Positions 28,953 to 37,802 of a stretch of 50,312 nucleotides of DNA are shown here, piece by piece (position 1 is the stretch's first letter; every line of letters starts with the position of its first letter). Source of the DNA: an uncultured Candidatus Saccharibacteria bacterium (GTDB lineage: Bacteria > Patescibacteriota > Minisyncoccia > 2-02-FULL-40-12 > IGHO2-01-FULL-4-A). The notes under the pieces were generated by a model that searched no databases, was not told where the DNA came from, and saw only the letters and a program-made list of their open reading frames with translations. The translations under genes were made by a program, and so were the position numbers. The DNA lies in NCBI GenBank assembly GCA_964367475.1, contig CAYIXQ010000001.1, positions 1-50,312 of the forward strand. The letters are read 5' to 3'.

Positions 28953-29012
28953 TGACTAAAAATATGTTTATATACCATTCATAATTTACCAGCTATGATT
29001 GACGGAGTTAAA

Positions 29013-29450
29013 ATGAAAAAAATTATATCTTTTTATGATGACCGTGGTTTTTTTGCGGAAGTTTGCAAGTTTGGCGAGGAGACTTTTCACGAGATAAAAC
29101 AAACCAGTTATAGCGAGACATTGCCGGGCGTCATCAAAGCGTTCCATTGGCACAAACGACAATGGGATGTCTGGTTTTTGGTCAAAGGTTCGGCCCAGGT
29201 TGTTTTATACGATCTCCGAGATAATTCTCCAACCAAGGGTCAAACCGATATTCTCTATCCCAACGCCCGCAATATGCTTCTTATTGCCATCCCGCCAGGC
29301 GTGGCTCACGGCTATCGGGTCCTGGGAACACAGCCGATTGGCATGCTTTATCACACTACTGAACCTTACGATCCTTCTAACCCCGATGAGTATCGAATTT
29401 CTTTTGATGATCAGACTATTGGTTTCGACTGGAGAACAAAAAATAAATAA
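29013..29450 (+). CDS. rmlC: dTDP-4-dehydrorhamnose 3,5-epimerase-like cupin (short RmlC family)
   Basis: DDRGFF, IKAFHWHKRQWDVWFLVKG, YDLRDNSPTKGQ, IPPGVAHGY and YDPSNPDEYRISFDD follow the RmlC motif order. GGAG lies 7 nt upstream of the ATG at 29013; the ORF extends to 28995. Confidence 0.75.
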   Translation: MKKIISFYDDRGFFAEVCKFGEETFHEIKQTSYSETLPGVIKAFHWHKRQWDVWFLVKGSAQVVLYDLRDNSPTKGQTDILYPNARNMLLIAIPPGVAHGYRVLGTQPIGMLYHTTEPYDPSNPDEYRISFDDQTIGFDWRTKNK

Positions 29451-29527
29451 AAAAGGTGGCCGTATAACCACCGTTGGTGCCATCGCAAGTTACCCGTTAA
29501 CATTAGCGGGTATGTAGGATATTAAAT

Positions 29528-29639
29528 CACTATCATTTTACCACGACAGCGATTCCAATCCTTTGGCGCCCCTTTATGCAGAATGGGTCCCCCGCCAAGG
29601 ATTGAAACCTTCGACGAGAATCGTGGGAAAATGATAGTG
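29528..29639 (+). repeat. Short (112-nt) structured repeat element, copy B; terminator-like context
   Basis: It is in the same orientation as copy A, with 3 substitutions. It is followed directly by T7-CATG-T7 (29641..29658), so the 19-bp terminal stem plus U-run has intrinsic-terminator geometry on the + strand. Confidence 0.85.
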
Positions 29640-29722
29640 ATTTTTTTCATGTTTTTTTCCGCTCCCTTTCCCTAGCCGACCGGATCGGCGATCGGATTGC
29701 TCCTTTGTTTAGTACTTTAATA

Positions 29723-29751
29723 TTGCCAATGACCGAAAAAACTGGTAATAT
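29723..29751 (+). promoter_or_regulatory. Sigma70-like promoter with extended -10; predicts a leaderless or near-leaderless mRNA
   Basis: TTGCCA (29723..29728), a 17-nt spacer ending in TGg, then TAATAT (29746..29751). The ATG at 29761 is only 9 nt downstream and has no Shine-Dalgarno. Confidence 0.5.
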
Positions 29752-29760
29752 TTAGTCATC

Positions 29761-30531
29761 ATGGCTAGACAGGCCAACGTTGCGATTTGCGCTGCTTATG
29801 AAATGGGCGTAAAGTTAATCTCAAAAGTTTTAGCCGAATCTTATCCGGTAAAGTTTGTGGCTACTTGTATTCGTGACACTACCGGCGACGAAAAAAAAAT
29901 CGCCAACTTGTGCGCCCAAAACGGCGTTCAGTGTTATCGTCAGATCAGTGCCAATGATCCCGAGTTTATCAAAAAATTAAAAGAAAACGATATTGACCTT
30001 GTTTTCATGCTCTGGTGGCCAGAGATTGTCAAAAAGGATGCCATTCAGGCAGCCAAAATCGGGTGGGTGAATTTACATACTAGCCTTTTACCCTATAATC
30101 GCGGTATGCATCCATATTATTGGGCGATTGTAGATGGCACGCCTTTTGGGGCAACGCTCCATCTAATCAATGAAGGTATTGATTCGGGCCCAATCTTATT
30201 TCAAAAAGAATTAACTATAGATATCACTGATACCGGAGATTCATTGTATAAAAAACTAATACAGACTTGTTTAGACCTTTTTTCCGAATCTTACCCCAAA
30301 ATATTGCGTTTTGATTTTAAACCTAAACCGCAAGCCAATGACCGCGCCACCTTTCACTGGGCCAAGGATATAAATCCACATTCAACCATAGACTTGGAAA
30401 AAACTTACAAAGCGAGGGATTTAATAAATATAATAAGAGCCAGAACTTTTTGGGGTCGGCCATCAGGTTTTTTCTTCCATGAGGGGAAAAAATACTGGGT
30501 GCGACTCCAAATTGAAGAGGCGAGAGAATAA
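29761..30531 (+). CDS. Formyltransferase (Fmt/ArnA N-domain family; probable sugar N-formyltransferase)
   Basis: VNLHTSLLPYNRGMHPYYWAIVDGTPFGATLHLINEGIDSGPILFQ matches the formyl_trans_N catalytic core (N, H, D). Confidence 0.8.
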   Translation: MARQANVAICAAYEMGVKLISKVLAESYPVKFVATCIRDTTGDEKKIANLCAQNGVQCYRQISANDPEFIKKLKENDIDLVFMLWWPEIVKKDAIQAAKIGWVNLHTSLLPYNRGMHPYYWAIVDGTPFGATLHLINEGIDSGPILFQKELTIDITDTGDSLYKKLIQTCLDLFSESYPKILRFDFKPKPQANDRATFHWAKDINPHSTIDLEKTYKARDLINIIRARTFWGRPSGFFFHEGKKYWVRLQIEEARE

Positions 30532-31679
30532 TGTCTAACTCATCAGATAAAATTTTCATGGCTGGTCCCTGGATCACCGAGGTTGAAATTAAAGCCGTCG
30601 AGGACGCTATGCGTCATTGGTATGAGGGTTGCTATGATTATGTAGAAAAATTTGAAAAAGAATTTGCCGCCTTTCATGATCGGAAATACGCTTTAATGAC
30701 ACCCAATTGCACCACGGCTATTCACCTGCTTTTAACCGCCCTGGGTATCAAGTCAGGGGATGAGGTGATTGTTCCGGATTGCACCTGGATTGCCACCATT
30801 TCTTCAGCAGTGCTTCTGGGGGCGACGCCGGTTTTTACTGACATTGACCCAGTGAATTGGTGTCTCGATCCAGCATCGGTCAGAAAAAATATTACTCCTA
30901 AAACCAAAGCCATTATTGTGGTTGATTTATATGGCAACATGCCGCATATGGATGAACTTTTAGCCATCTCAAAAGAACACGGCATACCCTTGGTAGAGGA
31001 TTCGGCTGAAGCCCTCGGTTCCAAGTATAAAGGAATCAGAGCGGGTAAATTTGGGGTAGGATCAGTTTTTAGCTTTCATCGAACTAAAACCTTAACTACT
31101 GGCGAAGGAGGAATGCTGCTTTTAGATGATGACGATCTATTTAAATTTTGCCGGGTGTGGCGTGACCATGGCCGAGGACCTGATACGCCGATGTATCAAA
31201 ATGATGCCGTGACTTATAAATTTATGCCCTTTAACGTTCAGGCGGCCATTGGCTATGCTCAATTTACCAGATTTGATGAATTGGTTGATAAGAAGCGGGA
31301 GCTGTTAAAAAAATACAAAGAAAGACTAGCCGATATTCCAGACCTTTATTTCAACGATGAGCCTGAATATGTTTACAACAGCGTTTGGGCAACCACGGTG
31401 GTTTTTGGCAAAAGTCATGGTGTGACCAAACAGCAAGTGATTGAACGAGCGGCTAAAATGGATATACCCGTTCGTCCATTCTTTTTTCCACTCTCATCTT
31501 TAAAGCCGTTTGCCGATAAGTGGCAAGCAGTTTGCTCACAAAGAAATCCGGTCGCTTATAATGTTTCTGATCGCGGCGTCAACCTTTCCTGTGCCATGAA
31601 TTTAACCGATACCCAGATTGATAAAATCGCCAATGCAGTTAGAGCTGCGATCGGATACTCTTCAAAGGCAGTTTGGTAA
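30531..31679 (+). CDS. DegT/DnrJ/EryC1/StrS-family PLP-dependent sugar aminotransferase
   Basis: ALMTPNCTTAIHLLL, LVEDSAEALGS and FSFHRTKTLTTGEGGML (PLP lysine). Confidence 0.85.
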   Translation: MSNSSDKIFMAGPWITEVEIKAVEDAMRHWYEGCYDYVEKFEKEFAAFHDRKYALMTPNCTTAIHLLLTALGIKSGDEVIVPDCTWIATISSAVLLGATPVFTDIDPVNWCLDPASVRKNITPKTKAIIVVDLYGNMPHMDELLAISKEHGIPLVEDSAEALGSKYKGIRAGKFGVGSVFSFHRTKTLTTGEGGMLLLDDDDLFKFCRVWRDHGRGPDTPMYQNDAVTYKFMPFNVQAAIGYAQFTRFDELVDKKRELLKKYKERLADIPDLYFNDEPEYVYNSVWATTVVFGKSHGVTKQQVIERAAKMDIPVRPFFFPLSSLKPFADKWQAVCSQRNPVAYNVSDRGVNLSCAMNLTDTQIDKIANAVRAAIGYSSKAVW

Positions 31680-31689
31680 TACACAGTAG

Positions 31690-32796
31690 ATGAGAGTTTT
31701 GTTTTTGACTCAATTTTCAGAAATCGGCGGCACTAGCCGGATCCACGTTTTACAGTTTCTTCCTCTTTTAAGAAAACGCGGCATAGTCTGCGACAGTCGT
31801 CATTTTTATTCTGATAGATTTTATCGGATTATGTTTGATTTGGTTAAAATAGGTCGTTTCGACAAGTCAATTAATTTTGTTTTCTATGTTTCATTGGGCA
31901 TGCTCAAAAAACTTTGGTATATCTGGCTGGCCAGAAATTATGACGCGGTTTTTCTGCAAAGAGAAGTTTTTCCCCTCCTCTGGAGATGGCTTTTGAAAAT
32001 CAGCAACCCAAGAATTATTTACGAAATTGAGGATGCCGTTTTCGAAATTAATCCTATTTACCGAAAACGAGGTCTAATTTATTTTACGGCTGTTAATTAC
32101 CAAGCTAAATTAATTTCAAAAATGATTCAACAAGCTGTATGGGTGATTGCCGAGAACGAGCATTTGGCGGAATATTCCAGAAAATTTAATCAAAACGTAA
32201 CTATCATTTCCTGCCCCATTGATACAAATTATTTTGTACCCGGCTTATCTAAATCAGGCGATGTCGTAACTATTGGCTGGGTGGGCAGTCCTTTGACTAC
32301 CTATTTATTGAAAGAACTTAATCCGGTTTTTACTCGTCTGGGCAAAAGGTATGGCGACAAGATTAGGCTAATGGTGATTGGCGCAGCTTCTGATTATGTT
32401 GTCAAAGGTGTTAGTTTGATTAAAAAGAATTGGAGTTTAGCCACTCAAATTGCCGATCTTCAACAATTTGACATTGGCCTTATGCCTTTGGACGACACGC
32501 CTTTTAATAAGGGGCGATTGGGGGGAAAAATGATGCAGTATATGAGTCTTGGTCTGCCCGTTGTAGCTTCAAATGTTGGCCTAAATTCAATGGTGGTCAA
32601 AGATGACTTCAATGGTTATTTGGCGGGGGATATTGATGAATGGGTGGCAAAACTTTCGTTACTGATTGAAAATCGGGAGTTAAGAGAACAGCTCGGAAAA
32701 AATGGTAGAATTGAGGTCGTAAAAAAATATGATATTGATAAGCAAGCATATGTCATTTATGAAATTATAAATAAAGTCTGTCACCTGGATTTCTGA
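31690..32796 (+). CDS. Glycosyltransferase, GT-B fold (GT1/GT4-like)
   Basis: VTIGWVGSPLTTYLL and GGKMMQYMSLGLPVVASNVGLNSMVV. Confidence 0.7.
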   Translation: MRVLFLTQFSEIGGTSRIHVLQFLPLLRKRGIVCDSRHFYSDRFYRIMFDLVKIGRFDKSINFVFYVSLGMLKKLWYIWLARNYDAVFLQREVFPLLWRWLLKISNPRIIYEIEDAVFEINPIYRKRGLIYFTAVNYQAKLISKMIQQAVWVIAENEHLAEYSRKFNQNVTIISCPIDTNYFVPGLSKSGDVVTIGWVGSPLTTYLLKELNPVFTRLGKRYGDKIRLMVIGAASDYVVKGVSLIKKNWSLATQIADLQQFDIGLMPLDDTPFNKGRLGGKMMQYMSLGLPVVASNVGLNSMVVKDDFNGYLAGDIDEWVAKLSLLIENRELREQLGKNGRIEVVKKYDIDKQAYVIYEIINKVCHLDF

Positions 32797-33701
32797 TGAA
32801 TAATTTTGAAACAATCAATTGCGACCTTTGCGGAAGTAATGATTCAGAAATAATTTATAAAAACCTCGTTGACAATTACCTATTTAAACCGGGTTTATTT
32901 AACTATGTTCGCTGTCAGAATTGCGGCCAAATTTATTTAAATCCAAGACCGTTGAAAACTGCCATACCTGGATATTACAAAGGCGAATATATTCCCTACG
33001 GGGCGAGGAATTTTTTTATAATGTTCTTAAAAAAAATTCTTTGGCTGCCAGATAAGTTATTCATAGACAGTACTTTAACTAAGGGTGGGAAAATATTGGA
33101 AATCGGATGCGCGCGGGGAGATTTTTTAGCCTATTTAGGTAAACGTTATCAGACTTACGGATTGGAAATGGATCAAGCCAGCGTTGACTGGGCGGTAAAT
33201 AAGCACGGGCTTGATGTGTCTAAGGATATCCTTGAAGATCATGATTTTGGCGGCTTAAAATTTGATTTCGTGATTATGTTTTTTGTGCTTGAGCATATGT
33301 TATCTCCCAAGCGAGCTTTGGGAAAACTTTACTCGATTATGAATCCGGGAGGGGTCGCCTTAATTAGCCTACCAAACTTTAATTCCTGGGAAAGACGATT
33401 TTTTGGACGGTATTGGGCTGGTTTTGATGTGCCTCGCCACCTATATATTTTCGGTGAGCCGCAATTTAAACGTTTGGCGGAAGAAGCGGGCTTCGAAATT
33501 CTTAAAGTTAAATATAGCTTAGTCCCGAATGACTGGCTAGCCAGCATAAAGCGATTACTTACCGAAAAAGGTTTTCTACGGCTGGCAAAAATTTTCAGTA
33601 TATATAATCTTTTTCTGGCTGCCTTGTTTTTACCGATAAGTTTTATAGCCAAATTTTCCGGCCAGACTACTCGCTTTTCATTTGTTATAAGGCGCATTTG
33701 A
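32796..33701 (+). CDS. Class I SAM methyltransferase with N-terminal zinc ribbon
   Basis: CDLCGSNDSE...VRCQNCGQIYLNPRP, ILEIGCARGDF and FDFVIMFFVLEHM. It is a paralogue of 36900..37802. Confidence 0.75.
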   Translation: MNNFETINCDLCGSNDSEIIYKNLVDNYLFKPGLFNYVRCQNCGQIYLNPRPLKTAIPGYYKGEYIPYGARNFFIMFLKKILWLPDKLFIDSTLTKGGKILEIGCARGDFLAYLGKRYQTYGLEMDQASVDWAVNKHGLDVSKDILEDHDFGGLKFDFVIMFFVLEHMLSPKRALGKLYSIMNPGGVALISLPNFNSWERRFFGRYWAGFDVPRHLYIFGEPQFKRLAEEAGFEILKVKYSLVPNDWLASIKRLLTEKGFLRLAKIFSIYNLFLAALFLPISFIAKFSGQTTRFSFVIRRI

Positions 33702-33748
33702 CAACGGTTTCCAGGATGGACAATATGTGATATATTGTCGAAACTACC

Positions 33749-34720
33749 ATGCGAAAGAAAGCGAAAATCAAAAAGATACTTATACTGGGTGGGGCAGGTT
33801 TTTTGGGCGCGAATCTTGTCCGCTATTGCTTAAAACAGCCCCATACCTTAGTTACGGTAATCGACTTTTTGGATCCTCGGCTAAGGAGCACGAAAGATAA
33901 TTTGAAGGACGTTTTAAAGAAAATTATTTTCATTAAGGGCGATATGCGTAATGAAAAGTTGTTAAAAAAAGTTATATCGGACCAGGATCTTATATTTAAT
34001 TGCGCTGCCCAGACTTCTCATTCTCATTCAGCTGGTAACCCCTTATTTGATGCCGATATTAACTGTTTAGGCAATTTAAAACTACTTTTGGCTATTAAAA
34101 ACTACAATCCAAAAGCAGCGGTGGTGTTTACTTCTTCCAGCACAGTAATTGGCCGGGCGCTCGATGAAGTAGTGGATGAACGCCACAGTGAGCGACCCTT
34201 AGATATTTACTCAGCCAACATGGGTGTAGCCGAAAAATATTACCGGATTTTTCACAATCTCTTTGGATTAAAAACCGTAAGTTTAAGATTTGCCAGTCTC
34301 TATGGTCCCTACGGTAAAGCTAGTCATGATTATGGTTTTGTAAATTATTTTATCCATCTGACCATTAACAATAAACCCCTGACCATCTATGGTGATGGCA
34401 GTCAAATGAGAAACTTTATGTTTGTGGATGATGCTTGTGAAATTATGTGGCTGGCAGCGCATGAGCCGAAGCTCTATGGCGAGACATTTTTTGCCACTCA
34501 TCACGAACATCACAGTGTCAAAAACGTGGCCGAGGCCATCATCGATATTTTTGGCAGAGGTAAAATTGAATATATTTCCTGGCCGGATTTCAAAAAAAAT
34601 ATCGAGCTGGGAAAAACTTTAATTTCATCCGCGCGCTTGCATTATCTAACCGGCTGGAAACCCAAATTTACTCTTAAAGATGGTCTTCGCTTAACTAGGC
34701 TAAGAATGTTAAAATCATAA
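33749..34720 (+). CDS. Extended SDR NAD-dependent epimerase/dehydratase-like (catalytic Lys replaced)
   Basis: ILILGGAGFLGANL and FTSSSTV. The expected Y-x3-K reads YSANM (Met in place of Lys). Confidence 0.7.
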   Translation: MRKKAKIKKILILGGAGFLGANLVRYCLKQPHTLVTVIDFLDPRLRSTKDNLKDVLKKIIFIKGDMRNEKLLKKVISDQDLIFNCAAQTSHSHSAGNPLFDADINCLGNLKLLLAIKNYNPKAAVVFTSSSTVIGRALDEVVDERHSERPLDIYSANMGVAEKYYRIFHNLFGLKTVSLRFASLYGPYGKASHDYGFVNYFIHLTINNKPLTIYGDGSQMRNFMFVDDACEIMWLAAHEPKLYGETFFATHHEHHSVKNVAEAIIDIFGRGKIEYISWPDFKKNIELGKTLISSARLHYLTGWKPKFTLKDGLRLTRLRMLKS

Positions 34721-34737
34721 CGAGGCTGTCTCTAAAC

Positions 34738-35709
34738 ATGGCAAAAAAGAAAATTTCAGTATTAATTACCGGGGCCCTAGGCCATATTGGATCCCGTTTG
34801 ATGAGGGAGATGTCCCCGGAGTTAATTTCCAAAATTTTCTTGCTGGATAACCTTGAGAGCCAGAAACATCATTCTCTGTTCAATTTGCCGCATTTTTTTG
34901 ATTATCGTTTTATTGAAGATGATATCAGAACGGTAAATTTTAATACTTATCTTAGAAACACTGATATGGTCATTCATCTGGCGGCCTTAACCAATGCCGA
35001 AACTAGTCACGAACGTTCCGAAGAAGTTGATTCGGTTAATGCCCGCGGTCTTAAAAGGCTTGCCGACTACTGTTTAAAACACAAGGTTAAATTACTTTTC
35101 CCTTCCACGACAAGCGTTTATGGTAGCCAAGCCTCACGCGTAGATGAGGACTGTCAGGAATTACGCCCCCAAAGCCCCTATGCCCAGTCAAAGCTTGAAG
35201 CCGAGCAATACCTGAAAAAATTGGGAAAAAGGGGATTAAAATTTGTTGTTTGCCGATTTGGAACTATTTTTGGTTATTCCGTAGGCATGCGTTTTCATAC
35301 GGCAGTTAATAAATTCATCTGGCAAGCTATAAATGATGTGCCGCTAAGTGTTTGGAAAACAGCGTGGAAACAAAAAAGACCCTATCTTGATCTGGGAGAT
35401 TGTATCAGGGCGGTTAATTTGATAATTCAGAAAGATATTTTTAACGGCCAAACTTATAACATTCTGACCACGAATTTTACCGTTGAAGATGTGGTCAATG
35501 TGATTAAGATTTATCGGCCGGATCTACGCGTTGATTTTGTTGACTCGAGAATTATGAACCAGCTTTCTTATGAAGTTGATGATTCAAAGTTTAGAAAACT
35601 CGGATTTAAACCCAAAGGTGATCTTCGCCGTGGCATACAAGAAACATTCAAAGAATTGCAGGGCAACCATGCTGATTTAATCGGCTTTTATTACACTTAT
35701 GGAAATTAA
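34738..35709 (+). CDS. Extended SDR NAD-dependent epimerase/dehydratase
   Basis: VLITGALGHIGSRL, FPSTTSVYG and YAQSKLEAE (Y-x3-K). Confidence 0.75.
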   Translation: MAKKKISVLITGALGHIGSRLMREMSPELISKIFLLDNLESQKHHSLFNLPHFFDYRFIEDDIRTVNFNTYLRNTDMVIHLAALTNAETSHERSEEVDSVNARGLKRLADYCLKHKVKLLFPSTTSVYGSQASRVDEDCQELRPQSPYAQSKLEAEQYLKKLGKRGLKFVVCRFGTIFGYSVGMRFHTAVNKFIWQAINDVPLSVWKTAWKQKRPYLDLGDCIRAVNLIIQKDIFNGQTYNILTTNFTVEDVVNVIKIYRPDLRVDFVDSRIMNQLSYEVDDSKFRKLGFKPKGDLRRGIQETFKELQGNHADLIGFYYTYGN

Positions 35710-36868
35710 TCTAAAACCCTATATTGATTTTGGCAGGATGCCAATTGCCAACGCTTTTCTGACCCCGGATCAATTTGGCCAGGAATTTTTTTATCACATG
35801 TTTTTAGGCTATGATCCGGTAACTAAGGCTATTGGTCTAGTAAACAAAATCCCGCCTGAAAAAATGTTCCATGACAACTATGCCTTTTTTTCTTCGACCT
35901 CTCGTGGTATGCAAGGTCATTTTCGACAGACGGCAGAGAAACTTTTGCCTTATGCCAAGGATGGGATAGTCGTGGAAATCGGCAGTAATGACGGTATTAT
36001 GCTTGAGGCCTGGAAGGAATTGGGCGTCTCGGCAATTGGCATCGAACCTTCTGGGAATGTGGCCGGAGTTTCAAAAGCCAAGGGTCATCAGGTAATTGTG
36101 GATTTTGTAAACGATGAAGCGGTCGAGCAAATTTTGGCGCAAGGCCAGGTCATGTTAGTATTTGGCGCCAACGTCTCATGCCATATCGAAGATTTTGAGA
36201 ATTACTTAAAATGCGTTGCTAAATTGATTGGAATTAACGGCGTTTTCGTGTTCGAAGATCCATACTTTTTGGATATATACGAAAAGACTTCCTATGATCA
36301 GATCTATGATGAGCATGTCTGGTATTTCACCATTTCCTTTATTAATAACATGCTGGACCCGCTTGGTTACCATGTCTTTGATTGCGAACATATCGATGTG
36401 CACGGAGGTGAATTACGCATGTATGTGGGCAAGAAAGAAAAATTTCCGGTCTCGGCTAATGTAGCCCACTGGCTGGTTAAGGAAACCGATTTGGAAAAAA
36501 AGCTTTATGAGCTTAATCTTAATATTAAAAGATCTCGCCTCGCTTTAGTGGATTTGTTGCATGATTTAAAGAAAAACGGGAAAAAGGTCTGTGGTTTTGG
36601 TGCTACCTCCAAAGGCGTGATCGTAACGAACTATTGTCAGATCGGTCCGGACTTAATCCCGTTCATCACTGACAATACACCGGTAAAACAAGGAAAATTT
36701 TATCCGGGGACTCATATTCCCATTGTGCCCCAGGAAGAATTTAAAGATGTGGATTGCGCGTTTTTGTTTGCCTGGAATCATTTAAAGGAAATTGATCAGA
36801 GCCAATCCTGGTTTAGACAAGGTGGTGGCCGCTGGATTACCCATGTACCCCAACCTCGAATCTTTTGA
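35699..36868 (+). CDS. NDP-hexose C-methyltransferase-like SAM methyltransferase (second copy, no zinc ribbon)
   Basis: FGRMPIANAFL, VVEIGSNDG and CGFGATSKGVIVTNY...IPIVPQ. It is a paralogue of 14179..15423. Confidence 0.7.
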   Translation: MEINLKPYIDFGRMPIANAFLTPDQFGQEFFYHMFLGYDPVTKAIGLVNKIPPEKMFHDNYAFFSSTSRGMQGHFRQTAEKLLPYAKDGIVVEIGSNDGIMLEAWKELGVSAIGIEPSGNVAGVSKAKGHQVIVDFVNDEAVEQILAQGQVMLVFGANVSCHIEDFENYLKCVAKLIGINGVFVFEDPYFLDIYEKTSYDQIYDEHVWYFTISFINNMLDPLGYHVFDCEHIDVHGGELRMYVGKKEKFPVSANVAHWLVKETDLEKKLYELNLNIKRSRLALVDLLHDLKKNGKKVCGFGATSKGVIVTNYCQIGPDLIPFITDNTPVKQGKFYPGTHIPIVPQEEFKDVDCAFLFAWNHLKEIDQSQSWFRQGGGRWITHVPQPRIF

Positions 36869-36899
36869 CTGCGGGGCGACATTGCTATAGTTGATCATT

Positions 36900-37802
36900 A
36901 TGGAAAACATTGCCTGTGATTATTGCGGAAGTCGGGAATCGGAAACTCAATGGATTGCTCCAGATCGTCTGACAAATACAGGCGAATTTTTTTCGGTCGT
37001 TAAATGTTCGAATTGCGGACTGGCTTTCGTCAATCCACGGCCGGAGATTGGCGAAATTAACCAATATTATCAATCTGATTATTGGGCGTATGTTCGCTTA
37101 ACCAGAATCAGATGGTGGCTTAAAAAAATCATTCTCTATCGGGAACTGAAAATCCTGAAAAAAATATTGCCACCCAGCGCTAAAATCCTGGAAGTTGGCA
37201 CCGGCAGCGGGGAAGATATGGCCTTTCTGCGGGATAGAGGGAAATTTACCGTTCAGGGCCTAGACATTAGTCATAACGCCGTGAGTACTGGTCGTCGAGA
37301 ATTCGGGCTGAATATTGAGCAAGGAGAGCTGGAGTCTAAAAATTATCCTGAATCCTTTTTCGATCTGGTTAGACTGAAGTTTATCATTAGCCATGTTCAT
37401 CAGCCAAAAAGATTTTTGATTGAAGTCAATCGAATCCTAAAACCCGGCGGCCATATCCTGATGTGGGTTCCTAATTTTAGTTCATGGAGTCAAAAAATCT
37501 TTAGAGATTTTTGGCTTGGTGGCGAACCACCAAGACATCTTTACGATTTTAGCGAAATTACATTGACTAATTACTTAAAGGCCACAAATTTCAAAATTTT
37601 GAAATTGAGGCACAGTATCGCCCCTAATGTTTTCGTCCATTGTTTTCGATATTGGCTAGCCGCGCACGGGGTTCCTAAACTTTTTGTCATCTTTTTTTCA
37701 ATAAATATTTTCAGCTTAATTGTTTTTATGCCGTTTTCACTTTTAGCTTCGCTATTCAGAGCCAGTGACCGCCTTTTCATTATTGCCCAGAAGATAAAAT
37801 GA
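36900..37802 (+). CDS. Class I SAM methyltransferase with N-terminal zinc ribbon
   Basis: CDYCGSRESE...VKCSNCGLAFVNPRP, ILEVGTGSGED and FDLVRLKFIISHV. The ATG at 36900 is preferred over the TTG at 36891. Confidence 0.75.
   Translation: MENIACDYCGSRESETQWIAPDRLTNTGEFFSVVKCSNCGLAFVNPRPEIGEINQYYQSDYWAYVRLTRIRWWLKKIILYRELKILKKILPPSAKILEVGTGSGEDMAFLRDRGKFTVQGLDISHNAVSTGRREFGLNIEQGELESKNYPESFFDLVRLKFIISHVHQPKRFLIEVNRILKPGGHILMWVPNFSSWSQKIFRDFWLGGEPPRHLYDFSEITLTNYLKATNFKILKLRHSIAPNVFVHCFRYWLAAHGVPKLFVIFFSINIFSLIVFMPFSLLASLFRASDRLFIIAQKIK

Noticed and set aside
28841-29639. The repeated 112-nt units considered as a CRISPR array.
   Set aside because: There are only two units, 575 nt apart, with a complete gene between them. 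The unit is far longer than a CRISPR repeat, and no cas genes are present.
28841-29639. An integron gene cassette with the two elements acting as attC sites.
   Set aside because: I see no integrase or attI in the window. I also do not see the RYYYAAC/GTTRRRY core sites at the element ends.
33698-33739. TTGACA-N17-CAATAT followed by an 8-bp-stem palindrome gacaatat/atattgtc just upstream of the SDR gene at 33749.
   Set aside because: The -10 is weak (3/6). The -35 overlaps the upstream stop codon. The palindrome has no U-run. This is too little evidence to call a promoter, operator or attenuator.
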